Source of the DNA: Anaerolineales bacterium
GTDB taxonomy: Bacteria > Chloroflexota > Anaerolineae > Anaerolineales > UBA4823
Direction of reading: 5' to 3'
Length of the DNA: 64,000 nucleotides
Assembly (NCBI GenBank): GCA_020060465.1
Contig: JAGVAD010000016.1
Coordinates: forward strand, 29,240 to 93,239
The number at the start of each line of letters is the position of its first letter. Positions within the stretch are counted from its first letter, which is position 1. The position numbers and the translations under genes were made by a program. Below the pieces are notes generated by a model that saw only the letters and a list, made by a program, of their open reading frames with translations, had not been told where the DNA came from and ran no database searches. Below, in pieces: positions 53,694-63,299 of the stretch.

Positions 53694-53770
53694 TGACTTT
53701 CAGCGCCGGTCATTTGTCCCGATCTGGCGGTTATAGCCGGATCCAAGGGGCTTAGCCGGTTGCAAAATTG

Positions 53771-53803
53771 CCGGTAGGGATGCTTGAAATGCATCCCTAC
53801 CGG
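53771..53803 (+). terminator. Perfect 13-bp hairpin between the SBP and permease genes (intra-operon attenuator or RNA-stabilising element)
   Basis: ccggtagggatgc (53771-53783) / gcatccctaccgg (53791-53803) with a 7-nt loop. Confidence 0.5.
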
Positions 53804-53880
53804 ATTTCAAAGAACTTCCTAAGGTTCCTATGGCCCTCCAGTGCAATTGCTGGCGATTATTTTAAATACAGGGGAGACGG

Positions 53881-54804
53881 GTGAGCGCCATTACAACTCC
53901 AACCACCCGCGGTAAAAAACGCCGCCGCGATCAATTGACCTTCGTAGAATTTCTGGTTTTTGTTGTCCCCCTGCTGGTCTTTGTGATCACCCTATATGGG
54001 ACATTAATCTGGACATTTTATGTCTCGCTGTCCAACTGGAGCGGGATCGCAGCGAATTATGAATTTGCCGGTTTTAAGTGGTATCAGTCGCTGTTCAACA
54101 ACATACGCTTTTGGGTAGATGTTCAAAACAACTTGAAATGGCTGATCCTGGGGGTTATCCCCACGGTCTTCCTGGCGATTTTCCTGGCTTATTTGCTGGA
54201 GCTGGCTCCCTTCCCGGCGATTGAATCATACATCCGCACGCTGATCCTCTATCCGGTTGCGATGTCTTTCATTGTGACCGGCACAATTTGGTCGTGGATG
54301 TATGAACCTAAACGCGGCGTATTCAACACCATTCTCGCTGCTCTTGGCGTTCAATCGCCGCTTACTTTTACCACCAATCCATCCACCGCCACTTACTGGC
54401 TGATCCTGATTTTCATCTGGCAATATTTAGGGTTCGCGGTCATCATCATTCAGTCTTCGTTCAGAACCTCTGAGCTGCAAGAGATGGTCGAGGCAGCCAC
54501 GGTTGACGGCGCATCCAAATTGCGCATTCTATTCTCCATTATCATACCCAATATCCGCTCCGGTTTACTGGTGCTGGTTTCGCTGCTGCTGATTTCTACA
54601 TTAAAGGTGTTCGACATCGTTTATATTGTCACATTTGGAGGACCCGGAATTTCAACCGATGTCTTATCGTTGTATATGTTTATTGCCACCTTCCAGCAGC
54701 ATCTGGTCAGTATGGGCGCAGCTTTGGGCGTAATCATTTTCCTGATTGCATTTATCATTGTCATCCCTTACACGATTTACGCACTGAGAAGGTGGTTCGA
54801 ATGA
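53881..54804 (+). CDS. Sugar ABC transporter permease (MalF-like)
   Basis: Six TM helices and an EAA-loop region EAATVDGASKLRILFSIIIPNI. Confidence 0.85.
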   Translation: MSAITTPTTRGKKRRRDQLTFVEFLVFVVPLLVFVITLYGTLIWTFYVSLSNWSGIAANYEFAGFKWYQSLFNNIRFWVDVQNNLKWLILGVIPTVFLAIFLAYLLELAPFPAIESYIRTLILYPVAMSFIVTGTIWSWMYEPKRGVFNTILAALGVQSPLTFTTNPSTATYWLILIFIWQYLGFAVIIIQSSFRTSELQEMVEAATVDGASKLRILFSIIIPNIRSGLLVLVSLLLISTLKVFDIVYIVTFGGPGISTDVLSLYMFIATFQQHLVSMGAALGVIIFLIAFIIVIPYTIYALRRWFE

Positions 54805-55646
54805 GAAGCAAGAACGCCACCATCAAGATCATTGTCATTCTGACGCTCATTTTGCTCAGTTTTGCATATCTGCTGCCAGTTTATGTGATGATCATCACCT
54901 CGCTGAAATCGGTGCAAGAGGTGACGGTCGGCAATTATTTGATCCCAACTGGCAGCCCCCAATTCGGCAATTATACAGAAGTCTTGTTCGGCAGCACACG
55001 GTTTAGAAGCCAGATGCTTCCCCGCTTGCTGAACTCAATGATTATATCGTTTTCGGTCACCTTTTTATCTGCCTTCTTCGGTGGGTTGGGCGGGTATTAT
55101 CTCAGCCGCTCCAAGTCCACCTTTACGCGAGTGTTGTTTATCCTGGTAGGGATTGCCCTGTATATGCCACTCCAGGCGATCATCATTCCTCTGGTGACGC
55201 TCATGGCAAAAACCAGGCTCTTATTGACCCACTGGGGATTGATCGTCAGCTATCTGGTGCTGAATGTGCCTCTGGCGTCTGTGTTGATGGGTACTTTCTT
55301 CCTTTCCGTGCCGAGAGAGCTGGAAGAAGCCGCTGAAGTGGACGGCGCGTCCAAGATTCAGACCTTTTTCCGCATTGTGACGCCTATATCCATGCCGGCT
55401 TATGTTTCGGTAGCCATTATCATCTTCACCCAGGTATGGAACGAATTCTTCCTGGCGTTGTCGCTCTCCTCGCCAGCCACGCAGACGGTGCAGGTGGTAA
55501 TGGCTGAAGCCAAGGGGACAACGCTGGTATTGTATAACTTACAAATGGCTGCCGCACTGCTCTCGGTGTTCGTGCCATTGCTTTTCTTCTTGCTCCTGGG
55601 ACGTTACTTCATCCGCGGTATTTTGGCCGGCGCGTTGAAGGGCTGA
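54792..55646 (+). CDS. Sugar ABC transporter permease (MalG-like)
   Basis: EAA loop EEAAEVDGASKIQTFFRIVTPI. It overlaps the previous permease gene by 13 nt. Confidence 0.85.
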   Translation: MVRMRSKNATIKIIVILTLILLSFAYLLPVYVMIITSLKSVQEVTVGNYLIPTGSPQFGNYTEVLFGSTRFRSQMLPRLLNSMIISFSVTFLSAFFGGLGGYYLSRSKSTFTRVLFILVGIALYMPLQAIIIPLVTLMAKTRLLLTHWGLIVSYLVLNVPLASVLMGTFFLSVPRELEEAAEVDGASKIQTFFRIVTPISMPAYVSVAIIIFTQVWNEFFLALSLSSPATQTVQVVMAEAKGTTLVLYNLQMAAALLSVFVPLLFFLLLGRYFIRGILAGALKG

Positions 55647-55660
55647 GGAAACAACCGTTC

Positions 55661-56083
55661 ATGAACTGGTATAAAGACACCTTGACCGTTGTTTCGCGCG
55701 GCAAAGGACTCTATGCCTTCACCCGAATGGTTGAAGAGCGCATCCGCCAATGGGACATTGTTGAAGGGATGTGTTTTTTGTATATCCCCCACACCAGTGC
55801 TTCTTTGGTCATCAGCGAAAGCTACGATCCCACCGCGAAAGCGGATCTGGAAACCTTCATGGAGCATCTGGCGCCAGAAGGACAGGCATGGTATGAACAT
55901 AGACTGGAAGGCGCCGATGACTCGCCATCGCATCTGCGCGCCATGCTGACCCAAACCAGCCTGACCATCCCAATAGACGATCGCCGTTTGAGCCTGGGAA
56001 CATGGCAGGGGGTGTATTTGTTCGAACACCGACGCGCCGGGCAGCACCGACAGATCTTCTTGCGCTGTTTGAAAATCTCCTGA
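55661..56083 (+). CDS. yjbQ: YjbQ/UPF0047-family protein (secondary thiamine-phosphate synthase-like)
   Basis: 140 aa with HTSASLVISE, DDSPSHLRA and LGTWQGVYLFEHR. Confidence 0.8.
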   Translation: MNWYKDTLTVVSRGKGLYAFTRMVEERIRQWDIVEGMCFLYIPHTSASLVISESYDPTAKADLETFMEHLAPEGQAWYEHRLEGADDSPSHLRAMLTQTSLTIPIDDRRLSLGTWQGVYLFEHRRAGQHRQIFLRCLKIS

Positions 56084-56249
56084 AAGCTCCACCTCTCCAT
56101 AAATGCTCTCAAGCCAGCGCGGAAGTAGGGAACTCGCCAGCGGTGTAATTCGTCTCTCTAGTAGTAGAAGTCAAATTGAATTGCTGAAGCATTACACATC
56201 GCTTGAGCCATAGATATAACTCAGCGATGACTGCTACTGGAGTGAGCGA

Positions 56250-57752
56250 ATGTTTATGAACACGAGAAACCCCTTTAAATTGATAGCGTTTTTGCTGCTA
56301 ATTTTGACGCTGGGGCTGAGCGGCTGCCTGCCCAATTTCCAGCCGATCCAAATTCCGCTCGGCACCGGCTTCATCCACACTGCAGCGGCGCAAACCATCG
56401 CCGCCCAGGCTACTCTGGCGGCTGGTCAAACTGCGGTAGCGCAGCTAACACAAATTGCCATGAGCAGCCCAACGGAGTCGCCGACCATTCTGTCGCCCAC
56501 CGCCACGGACACCTCTCAACCGTCCCCCACCGTTACCGCCACGCTGCTTCCGCCCAGCGCGACGCCCGTCCCACCCACGGCGACACCCATCCCGCCCTCC
56601 GCTACGCCCATCCCCATTCCTTGTGAATGGGCGCAATTTATGGCAGACGTGACCGTTCCAGATGGCAGCAAGTTTGCCCCCGGAGCATCTTTCACAAAGG
56701 TGTGGCGCATTCGCAACATTGGCTCCTGCGCCTGGACTGCCGGTTATTATCTGGTTTTCGTCGGTGGAGAGCGCATGCACGTACGTAACGCTTATTCGCT
56801 TCCCTGGGTCGTTCGCCCCGGCGAGACGGTGGATGTAGCTGCGGACTTCATCGCCCCTTCGACGCCAAGCCGCTATCGCAGCAATTGGATGCTCAGCAAC
56901 CCCTCTGGTTATACCTTTGGCATCGGCCCCACTGCGCAGCGGCCATTTTGGGTCGAAATCGTTGTCGAAGCCAGCTCCAGCAAATACCCTTATGATTTTG
57001 CCGCCAATATGTGCAACGCCGTATGGCGCAATTCATTCCGTACGCTGCCCTGCCCGGGCAACCAGAACAGCGCAGACGGTTCGGTGATCCTGCTCAACGC
57101 GCCGGTGCTGGAAACCGGCAAGCGAGAAAATGAGCCAGCTTTGTGGACGCGCCCGGAACAATCCCGTGGCGGCATCATCAGCGGCGTTTATCCAGCCTAT
57201 CGCGTCCAGAATGGCGACCGCTTTATGGCAGATATTGGCTGCCTGAAGGATAGCCGCGACTGTGATGTGACTTTTTACCTGGATTATCAAGTTGCCGGTC
57301 AACCGCCGAAGAACCTGGGCGTATGGCGAGAGGTCTATGACGGACGGCTGACGCGGGTGGATGTAGATGTATCGGGGCTGGCAGGTCTGGCTGTGCAATT
57401 CATTCTGCGTGTTGAGAACAACGGCAAGCCCTCTGATGCCAACGCCTTCTGGTTGGTGCCGGCCATTCGCCGCTCCGCTCCGGTTCCACCGGATTGGGAG
57501 AGCCTGCCGGCTGTTCGGGCGGCGCGCGCCGAGTTATCCGCTGCTTTACAAATCAGCCCCAGCCGCCTCACGATTGTTTCCGTCGAAGCGGTGCAGTGGC
57601 CGGATTCCTGCCTGGGCATCCCACAACCTGGGCGGGTGTGCGCTCCAGTGATTATCCCCGGTTATCGCATTGTCTTTTCCTATCGGCAGCAGCTTTACGA
57701 AGTTCACACCGATAATTCCGGCGACCTGGTCTATTGGTTTCAGTTAAACTGA
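56250..57752 (+). CDS. Lipoprotein with Pro/Thr/Ser linker and NBR1-like Ig (FW) domain
   Basis: Lipobox LGLSGC and linker SPTATDTSQPSPTVTATLLPPSATPVPPTATPIPPSATPIPIP. This is followed by CEWAQFMADVTVPDGSKFAPGASFTKVWRIRNIGSCAW, an NBR1-Ig-like pattern recognised from memory. Confidence 0.5.
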   Translation: MFMNTRNPFKLIAFLLLILTLGLSGCLPNFQPIQIPLGTGFIHTAAAQTIAAQATLAAGQTAVAQLTQIAMSSPTESPTILSPTATDTSQPSPTVTATLLPPSATPVPPTATPIPPSATPIPIPCEWAQFMADVTVPDGSKFAPGASFTKVWRIRNIGSCAWTAGYYLVFVGGERMHVRNAYSLPWVVRPGETVDVAADFIAPSTPSRYRSNWMLSNPSGYTFGIGPTAQRPFWVEIVVEASSSKYPYDFAANMCNAVWRNSFRTLPCPGNQNSADGSVILLNAPVLETGKRENEPALWTRPEQSRGGIISGVYPAYRVQNGDRFMADIGCLKDSRDCDVTFYLDYQVAGQPPKNLGVWREVYDGRLTRVDVDVSGLAGLAVQFILRVENNGKPSDANAFWLVPAIRRSAPVPPDWESLPAVRAARAELSAALQISPSRLTIVSVEAVQWPDSCLGIPQPGRVCAPVIIPGYRIVFSYRQQLYEVHTDNSGDLVYWFQLN

Positions 57753-57815
57753 TGCTCTGGGGTCAATCACCGATAAAAGGACCGGGGCAACTTGCCTGAA
57801 CCCGGTCGTTTTGGT

Positions 57816-57860
57816 GCAAAACGTCCCGCAGGTTCCCCTAAAAAGCCTGCGGGACGTTCG
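57816..57860 (-). terminator. Rho-independent terminator of the epimerase gene, copy 1 of a repeated element
   Basis: 12-bp perfect stem acgtcccgcagg (57821-57832) / cctgcgggacgt (57846-57857). On the minus strand it is followed by tttgcacc. Confidence 0.65.
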
Positions 57861-57906
57861 CCGCCAAATTATTGAAGGTCAATAATCTTCGCCAGTTTCG
57901 AGACGC

Positions 57907-58314
57907 TCAGGGCAGTTCATAAAGCTCCACCATCACGCCGTTGGCGCTCTTGGGGTGGATGAAGGCGTATTTCCTGCCGCCCGAACCCGTCATTGGGGTC
58001 TCATTAATCAACTGAACGCCCTTCTCTTTGAGGCGCGCCAGCATCCCCTCGATGTCATCCACTTCCAGGCACACGTGGTGCATCCCTGGGCCGCGCTTTT
58101 CCAGGTAGCGCGCCAGCCCCGAATCGGATGTCGTCGGTTTGACCAGCTCCACCTCACTGTCTCCCACCGGCAGAAACGCCACCATAGATTTTTCCGCCGG
58201 TACATCTTCCACATGGGTCAGTTCCATACCGAGCGCATCCCGCCAGAACGAAAGGGTGTTCTCCAGGTCATCTACCAGGATGGCAACATGGTCAATGCGT
58301 TTGATCTTAGGCAT
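57907..58314 (-). CDS. mce: Methylmalonyl-CoA epimerase (VOC/glyoxalase fold)
   Basis: IDHVAILVDDL, HHVCLEVDDI, IHPKSANGVMVEL. The start is at MPKIKR (58314) after GAGG; the ORF track extends to 58362. Confidence 0.85.
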   Translation of the reverse strand: MPKIKRIDHVAILVDDLENTLSFWRDALGMELTHVEDVPAEKSMVAFLPVGDSEVELVKPTTSDSGLARYLEKRGPGMHHVCLEVDDIEGMLARLKEKGVQLINETPMTGSGGRKYAFIHPKSANGVMVELYELP

Positions 58315-58358
58315 GGTTTCCTCGAATATTCTTTCAGACTTGTTGATATTCACCGAAA

Positions 58359-58419
58359 GCAAAACGTCCCGCAGGTTCCCCCAAACAAGCCTGTGTGATC
58401 AAAAACATGCGGAACGTTC
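58359..58419 (-). repeat. Copy 2 of the epimerase-flanking element, interrupted
   Basis: 58359-58393 matches 57816-57850 at 32 of 35 positions. The right arm (cctg/cgggacgtt in copy 1) is split by 15 nt (tgtgatcaaaaacat) before gcggaacgttc. Confidence 0.55.
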
Positions 58420-58426
58420 ATAAAAC

Positions 58427-60094
58427 TCACACCCAGGCTGGAGGTTCGTATTCGCCCCACACGCCGCGCAGCACACGGCAGATCTCGCCCAACGTGATGT
58501 CATTTTCGACGCACTCAATCAACAGGGGCATCAGGTTCTCGCTGCTGCGCGCGGTTGTCTCCAGGCGCGCCAGCAACTCGCTCACTCGATTGGCGTCTCG
58601 CCGGGCGCGCAATGCGCTCAACCGGCTGCGCTGCGATTGTTCGATGGCTGGGTCAACTTTCAGGCGTTCTAACTCGACCTGTTCGTCCACCTGGAAGGCG
58701 TTGACGCCAACCACGGTTTCCTCGCCGCGCTCCACCGCCTGCTGAAAACGGTAGGCAGCGTCTTGAATCTCCGCCTGGATATAGCCGCGTTGGATGGCTG
58801 CCAGCGCGCCGCCCATTTCATCAATCCTTCGAATGTAATCCGTTGCCAGGCGCTCAACTTCGTCGGTCAGATATTCAACCAGATACGAACCCGCCAGCGG
58901 GTCAATCGAATCGGCTGCGCCGGACTCATAGGCGATGATTTGCTGGGTGCGCAGCGCCACCCGCACAGCCTTTTCCGTGGGCAGCCAAAGGGCTTCGTCC
59001 ATGGAATTGGTGTGTAGCGATTGCGTGCCGCCCAGCACTGCCGCCAGCGCTTGAAGCGCTACTCGCACGACATTGTTCTCCGGCTGTTGAGCCGTCAGTG
59101 TTGAACCGGCTGTTTGGGTGTGAAAACGCAACATCCACGAACTGGGTTTTTGAGCTTTGAAACGCTCGCGCATGATCTTCGCCCACATACGCCGCGCAGC
59201 GCGAAACTTAGCCACTTCTTCCAAGAAATTGTTATGCGCGTTGAAGAAGAAGGATAATTGACCGGCAAACCCGTCCACATCCAGGCCCGCGTCCAGGGCA
59301 GCCTGGACATAAGCGATGCCATTGGCCAGAGTGAAAGCGACCTCTTGCACGGCGGTGGAGCCTGCCTCGCGGATATGGTAGCCAGAAATGCTGATGGTGT
59401 TCCAATGCGGGATTTCCGCCTGGCAAAAACGAAACACATCCGTGATGAGGCGCATTGAAGGCGCAGGCGGAAAGATATATGTGCCGCGAGCGATATATTC
59501 TTTGAGGATATCGTTCTGGATCGTGCCGCGCAGGTTGTGAATATCCACGCCCTGGCGCTTTGCCACCGCGATATACATTGCCAGCAAGATCGAGGCAGGC
59601 GCGTTGATAGTCATGCTGGTGGAAACTTTGCCCAATGGGATTTCTTGAAACAAAGTTGCCATATCCTCTAGCGATGAGATGGATACGCCCACCTTGCCGA
59701 CTTCGCCAATGGCAATGGGGTCGTCGGCGTCGTAACCAATCTGCGTGGGCAAATCAAACGCCACCGATAAGCCCGTCTGCCCTTGTTCGAGCAGATAACG
59801 ATAGCGTTGATTCGATTCCTCGGCAGTCGCATAACCGGCATATTGGCGCATCGTCCAGAAGCGTCCGCGGTACATGCTGGGCTGGACGCCGCGGGTGAAT
59901 GGATACTCGCCCGGAAACCCCAGTTTTTCCATGTAATCCGCGTCTGGGTCGGTGGGCGTCAGCAGGCGTGGCAGGGTGATGCCAGATGTCGTTTGAAACG
60001 ACGCCCGACGTTCGGGAAAGCGTTTCAACGCCGGATTGAGCACATTTTCTTCCCAGCGTTTTTGTTCTTCATCCAGGGTCATGATAGACCTCAC
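58427..60094 (-). CDS. Methylmalonyl-CoA mutase family, large catalytic subunit (no fused B12-binding domain)
   Basis: [41 protein letters not shown]. The protein ends after the barrel and linker with no DxHxxG domain, so this is a split-type mutase. Confidence 0.9.
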   Translation of the reverse strand: MRSIMTLDEEQKRWEENVLNPALKRFPERRASFQTTSGITLPRLLTPTDPDADYMEKLGFPGEYPFTRGVQPSMYRGRFWTMRQYAGYATAEESNQRYRYLLEQGQTGLSVAFDLPTQIGYDADDPIAIGEVGKVGVSISSLEDMATLFQEIPLGKVSTSMTINAPASILLAMYIAVAKRQGVDIHNLRGTIQNDILKEYIARGTYIFPPAPSMRLITDVFRFCQAEIPHWNTISISGYHIREAGSTAVQEVAFTLANGIAYVQAALDAGLDVDGFAGQLSFFFNAHNNFLEEVAKFRAARRMWAKIMRERFKAQKPSSWMLRFHTQTAGSTLTAQQPENNVVRVALQALAAVLGGTQSLHTNSMDEALWLPTEKAVRVALRTQQIIAYESGAADSIDPLAGSYLVEYLTDEVERLATDYIRRIDEMGGALAAIQRGYIQAEIQDAAYRFQQAVERGEETVVGVNAFQVDEQVELERLKVDPAIEQSQRSRLSALRARRDANRVSELLARLETTARSSENLMPLLIECVENDITLGEICRVLRGVWGEYEPPAWV

Positions 60095-60167
60095 AAATCA
60101 GGTTGAATTATTTCAAACCATGAGTATAACCGATCTGACGAGGCGGGGTAAGAGAGCTTTGTACCGA

Positions 60168-60881
60168 TTATTTGTGATTTATTTCACGTATTGGCTGGCG
60201 CATTGGCAGCGAGACGCTTATTCGCTCATTGAGCAATTCGAACAATCGTGGGTGATGAGCATACACCCCGCGATATTCCTCTGGCAGCAAGGCCGCGATC
60301 CGGCACATAATTTCATCTGTATCACGTTGCAAAGCCTGGCTGCGGTCGCCGCGGTTTAACGGCGGTAAATAGAACGGCGGGCCAAAACGAACATAGATGC
60401 GCGGCCGCTGCAGGCGGAATAACTTAGAGACGGCGGATTCTGTGCCCCAGATCGCTGCTGGAATGATGGGCACGCCAGCTTTTTGCGCCAGATAGGCTGC
60501 GCCCGTTTTTGCCGGCTGTAGATTGCCTGTGCGGCTGCGCGTCCCTTCCGGGGCGATTCCCAACATACCTCCGGAGTGCAAATACTGAAGCGCCGCCCGC
60601 AGCGCCTGAAAATCGGCTTGCTCGCGGTTGATCCAGATACCTCTCACCGCCTCGACCAGCGGACGAATCCAGATACTTTTGAGGTATTTATCAGCTACCA
60701 GACCGGTGATGTCCTCGCGCGGCGCAATTGCAAACACCAACGGCGCGTCCAGTCGGCTCAGATGATTGGCGGCTAAAATTGCGCCGCCTTGCACGTTGGC
60801 ACAATCGAGGCCCTCTATGCTCAAACGGCATAACAGGCGAAAAAGAAAGCGCACCATGCAACGCAGGATTCTTCGCGCCAT
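60168..60881 (-). CDS. plsC: 1-acyl-sn-glycerol-3-phosphate acyltransferase-like (PlsC family)
   Basis: H-x4-D motif AANHLSRLD and the later GIAPEGTRS block. Confidence 0.8.
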   Translation of the reverse strand: MARRILRCMVRFLFRLLCRLSIEGLDCANVQGGAILAANHLSRLDAPLVFAIAPREDITGLVADKYLKSIWIRPLVEAVRGIWINREQADFQALRAALQYLHSGGMLGIAPEGTRSRTGNLQPAKTGAAYLAQKAGVPIIPAAIWGTESAVSKLFRLQRPRIYVRFGPPFYLPPLNRGDRSQALQRDTDEIMCRIAALLPEEYRGVYAHHPRLFELLNERISVSLPMRQPIREINHK

Positions 60882-60921
60882 ATTCCGTTTCGCTCCTTGC
60901 TCATTTCAATTACAGGTATAA

Positions 60922-61863
60922 TTGCTTGCAATGATCCGCTTACAATTTTACATCAAAGGGCTGCTCTGGCTCGGGGTAATGTTCGCCTTGCTGAGCGGGT
61001 GCAGGCGGTCGGATTTGACTGTTACCGCCCCTTCCACCACAGTTGTCACCGCTCCGCCGGCTCAGGCAGAACAAACGCCGCTTGCATCTCCCACCCAACC
61101 TGAACCGACCGCCACCCCATTGCCGTTGGCAGTCAAGGTCAATGGGCTGGAAATTACTCTGGCCGAATATGAAGCTGAATTGACGCAATTCAGCGCGGCG
61201 CGCGGCGGAGCAGAGCTTTCAGCCGAAGAGAAGCAACTGGTTTTGGATAACCTGATCGAGCAGGCGCTGTTGGCACAGGCAGCCTTTCAGCAAGGGTATT
61301 CATTGAGCGACGCGCAGCTTGATGAACGCATCGCTCAACTGAGCGCCCAAATCGGCGGCGCAGAAGCGTTATCTTCTTGGAAGCAAGCCAATGGTTACAC
61401 CGATCAATCCTTCCGGCTGGCGCTGGCGCGCTCGATGGCGGCCGCCTGGATGCGCGACCAGATCATTGCCCAGGTGCCTCGCACCGCAGAGCAGGTGCAT
61501 GCTCGCCAAATTTTGCTATATAATTCGGAAGAAGCCGACCAGGTGTATTCATTGCTACAGGCCGGTAATGATTTTGGCAACCTGGCGGCGAAGTATGATC
61601 CGGTGACGCGCGGAGACCTGGGCTGGTTCCCGCGCGGTTATCTGGCTGACCCGAAACTGGAAGAGGTCATCTTCGGCTTGCAGGTGGAGGCATTCAGCCC
61701 GGTGATCGAAACGCTGGCCGGTTATCATATCGTGCAGCTCCTGGAGCGTGAAGCGCAACGTCTGCTTTCGCCCGAGGCGCTCTTACAATTGCAGATTCAG
61801 GCGGTTCAGGATTGGTTAGAAGAACACCGCAGCCAAAGTCAGATCGAATTATTCATACCGTAA
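60922..61863 (+). CDS. Parvulin-type peptidyl-prolyl isomerase lipoprotein (PrsA/SurA-like)
   Basis: Lipobox ALLSGC, a helical chaperone-like N-terminal part, and a rotamase domain HARQILL...GDLGWFPRG...GYHIVQLLE. Confidence 0.75.
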   Translation: MLAMIRLQFYIKGLLWLGVMFALLSGCRRSDLTVTAPSTTVVTAPPAQAEQTPLASPTQPEPTATPLPLAVKVNGLEITLAEYEAELTQFSAARGGAELSAEEKQLVLDNLIEQALLAQAAFQQGYSLSDAQLDERIAQLSAQIGGAEALSSWKQANGYTDQSFRLALARSMAAAWMRDQIIAQVPRTAEQVHARQILLYNSEEADQVYSLLQAGNDFGNLAAKYDPVTRGDLGWFPRGYLADPKLEEVIFGLQVEAFSPVIETLAGYHIVQLLEREAQRLLSPEALLQLQIQAVQDWLEEHRSQSQIELFIP

Positions 61864-61900
61864 CAGGAAAGCAAATCGAGCTGAATAAGGTCGCCGGACA

Positions 61901-62647
61901 ATGAAAAATTACAGCTACTCTGCACCAACGGGGCATGACCGCTCTGCAATCTTGTGGAGTATTTTGACGATCATCGTATTGCTGGGCGTCGTTGGGGTCT
62001 CTTGCGTCTTTTTCCTGATTTTTACCAACCCCTATTCGTTTCTTAACCCCTTCCCGCCGCCGACTTTGCCCCCTCCGCCCGCTTTACCCACCGAAACGCC
62101 CACCAACCCGGTCATCACGCTGCCGCCCAGTTGGACGCCCACCAATACGCCTGTGTTCACCCCCACCGATACCCCGCAACCGACCGCAACGTTGCCCCCT
62201 ACTCCAACGCCGATCACTTTGACGCCCACCCCAACCGATACTCCCACGCCGCCGCCCGAAGGCTATCCTTACGAAGTGCGCGCCGGCAGCCCCAGGGCTA
62301 TCCCCAATATTTATCACCCCGAACTGGGCTGCGCATGGATGGGTGTCGGCGGCCAGGTCGTGGATATGAACGATGCGCCGGTTATTGGATTGATTGTGCG
62401 TTTGGGAGGCAGCGCGCCTGGCGTTTCCATTCAAGAAAACACCTTCAGCCTGACCGGTGTGGCGCTCAGTTACGGCCGGGCGGGATATGAATTCAAACTG
62501 GCAGATCTGCCGGTGGCTTCGCGCAACGCTTTGTGGATTCAACTCATCAGCCAGGCTGGCGCGCCGCTTTCAGAGAGAGTGTATTTCTCCACCTACAATA
62601 GCTGCGAACAGAATTTGATCCTCATTGACTTCAAACAGGTGCGCTGA
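61901..62647 (+). CDS. Membrane-anchored hypothetical protein with Pro/Thr linker and unknown C-terminal domain
   Basis: TM helix ILWSILTIIVLLGVVGVSCVFFLIF, about 70 aa of PT-rich linker, and a 120-aa C-terminal domain with no motif recognised. Confidence 0.5.
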   Translation: MKNYSYSAPTGHDRSAILWSILTIIVLLGVVGVSCVFFLIFTNPYSFLNPFPPPTLPPPPALPTETPTNPVITLPPSWTPTNTPVFTPTDTPQPTATLPPTPTPITLTPTPTDTPTPPPEGYPYEVRAGSPRAIPNIYHPELGCAWMGVGGQVVDMNDAPVIGLIVRLGGSAPGVSIQENTFSLTGVALSYGRAGYEFKLADLPVASRNALWIQLISQAGAPLSERVYFSTYNSCEQNLILIDFKQVR

Positions 62648-62657
62648 AGCGAGCAGC

Positions 62658-63299
62658 TCAAAACAGCTCCAGTCGTTTCAAGCGAGCGCCAATAACCGCC
62701 AGCGCCTGCTGGACTCGGCGGCGGTTGTCTTCGCTTTGATGCCAGCGGCTGGCGCCCGACGGATGCGGTAATGGCGCGACCCAGGTATCCCCCACTTGTT
62801 TTTCCGACCCAATCACCTCTTCCAAAGCAAAGCCCGGCGAATAAAACAAACTGATCGCGAGCCGACCTACGGGTATGATCAAAGCCGGATTGATCAGCGC
62901 GATTTCAGCCTCCAAATACGGACGGCAAAGTTGCTGTTCGCGGCGCGAAGGCACGCGGTCACCGCCCCCCGATCGTGAGCGCCCCGGATAACATTTCGTC
63001 ACCGAGGTCATGTATTGCGTGCTGCGAAACCAGCTCTCATCAACTCCGGATTCCGCCAACCAGCGAAACAAACGCGACCCACTGCCAGCGTTGAACGGCC
63101 GACCAGCTTCTTTTTCCGTGATCCCCGGCGCTTGCCCAATAATCATCACCCGAGCTCCTGGTGCGCCGGAAAATATCGCTCGCGGGAATATTTCATAACC
63201 AGCCTGCACACACAACCTGCAGGCGTGCATCTGCACCTGGAGTTCCGACCAGGATTGCTGGGGGAGTGTTTTCCCGCTCAACTGGTTTATTCCTGGCAA
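62658..63299 (-). CDS. Uracil-DNA glycosylase superfamily protein (family 4/5-like)
   Basis: Motif A IIGQAPG and motif B PLPHPSGASRW. N-terminal CRLC cysteines. Confidence 0.75.
   Translation of the reverse strand: MPGINQLSGKTLPQQSWSELQVQMHACRLCVQAGYEIFPRAIFSGAPGARVMIIGQAPGITEKEAGRPFNAGSGSRLFRWLAESGVDESWFRSTQYMTSVTKCYPGRSRSGGGDRVPSRREQQLCRPYLEAEIALINPALIIPVGRLAISLFYSPGFALEEVIGSEKQVGDTWVAPLPHPSGASRWHQSEDNRRRVQQALAVIGARLKRLELF

Noticed and set aside
58427-60094. Absence of a B12-binding subunit and MeaB next to the mutase large subunit, considered as an anomaly.
   Set aside because: Split-type methylmalonyl-CoA mutases with the small subunit encoded elsewhere are common. The window cannot show the rest of the genome.
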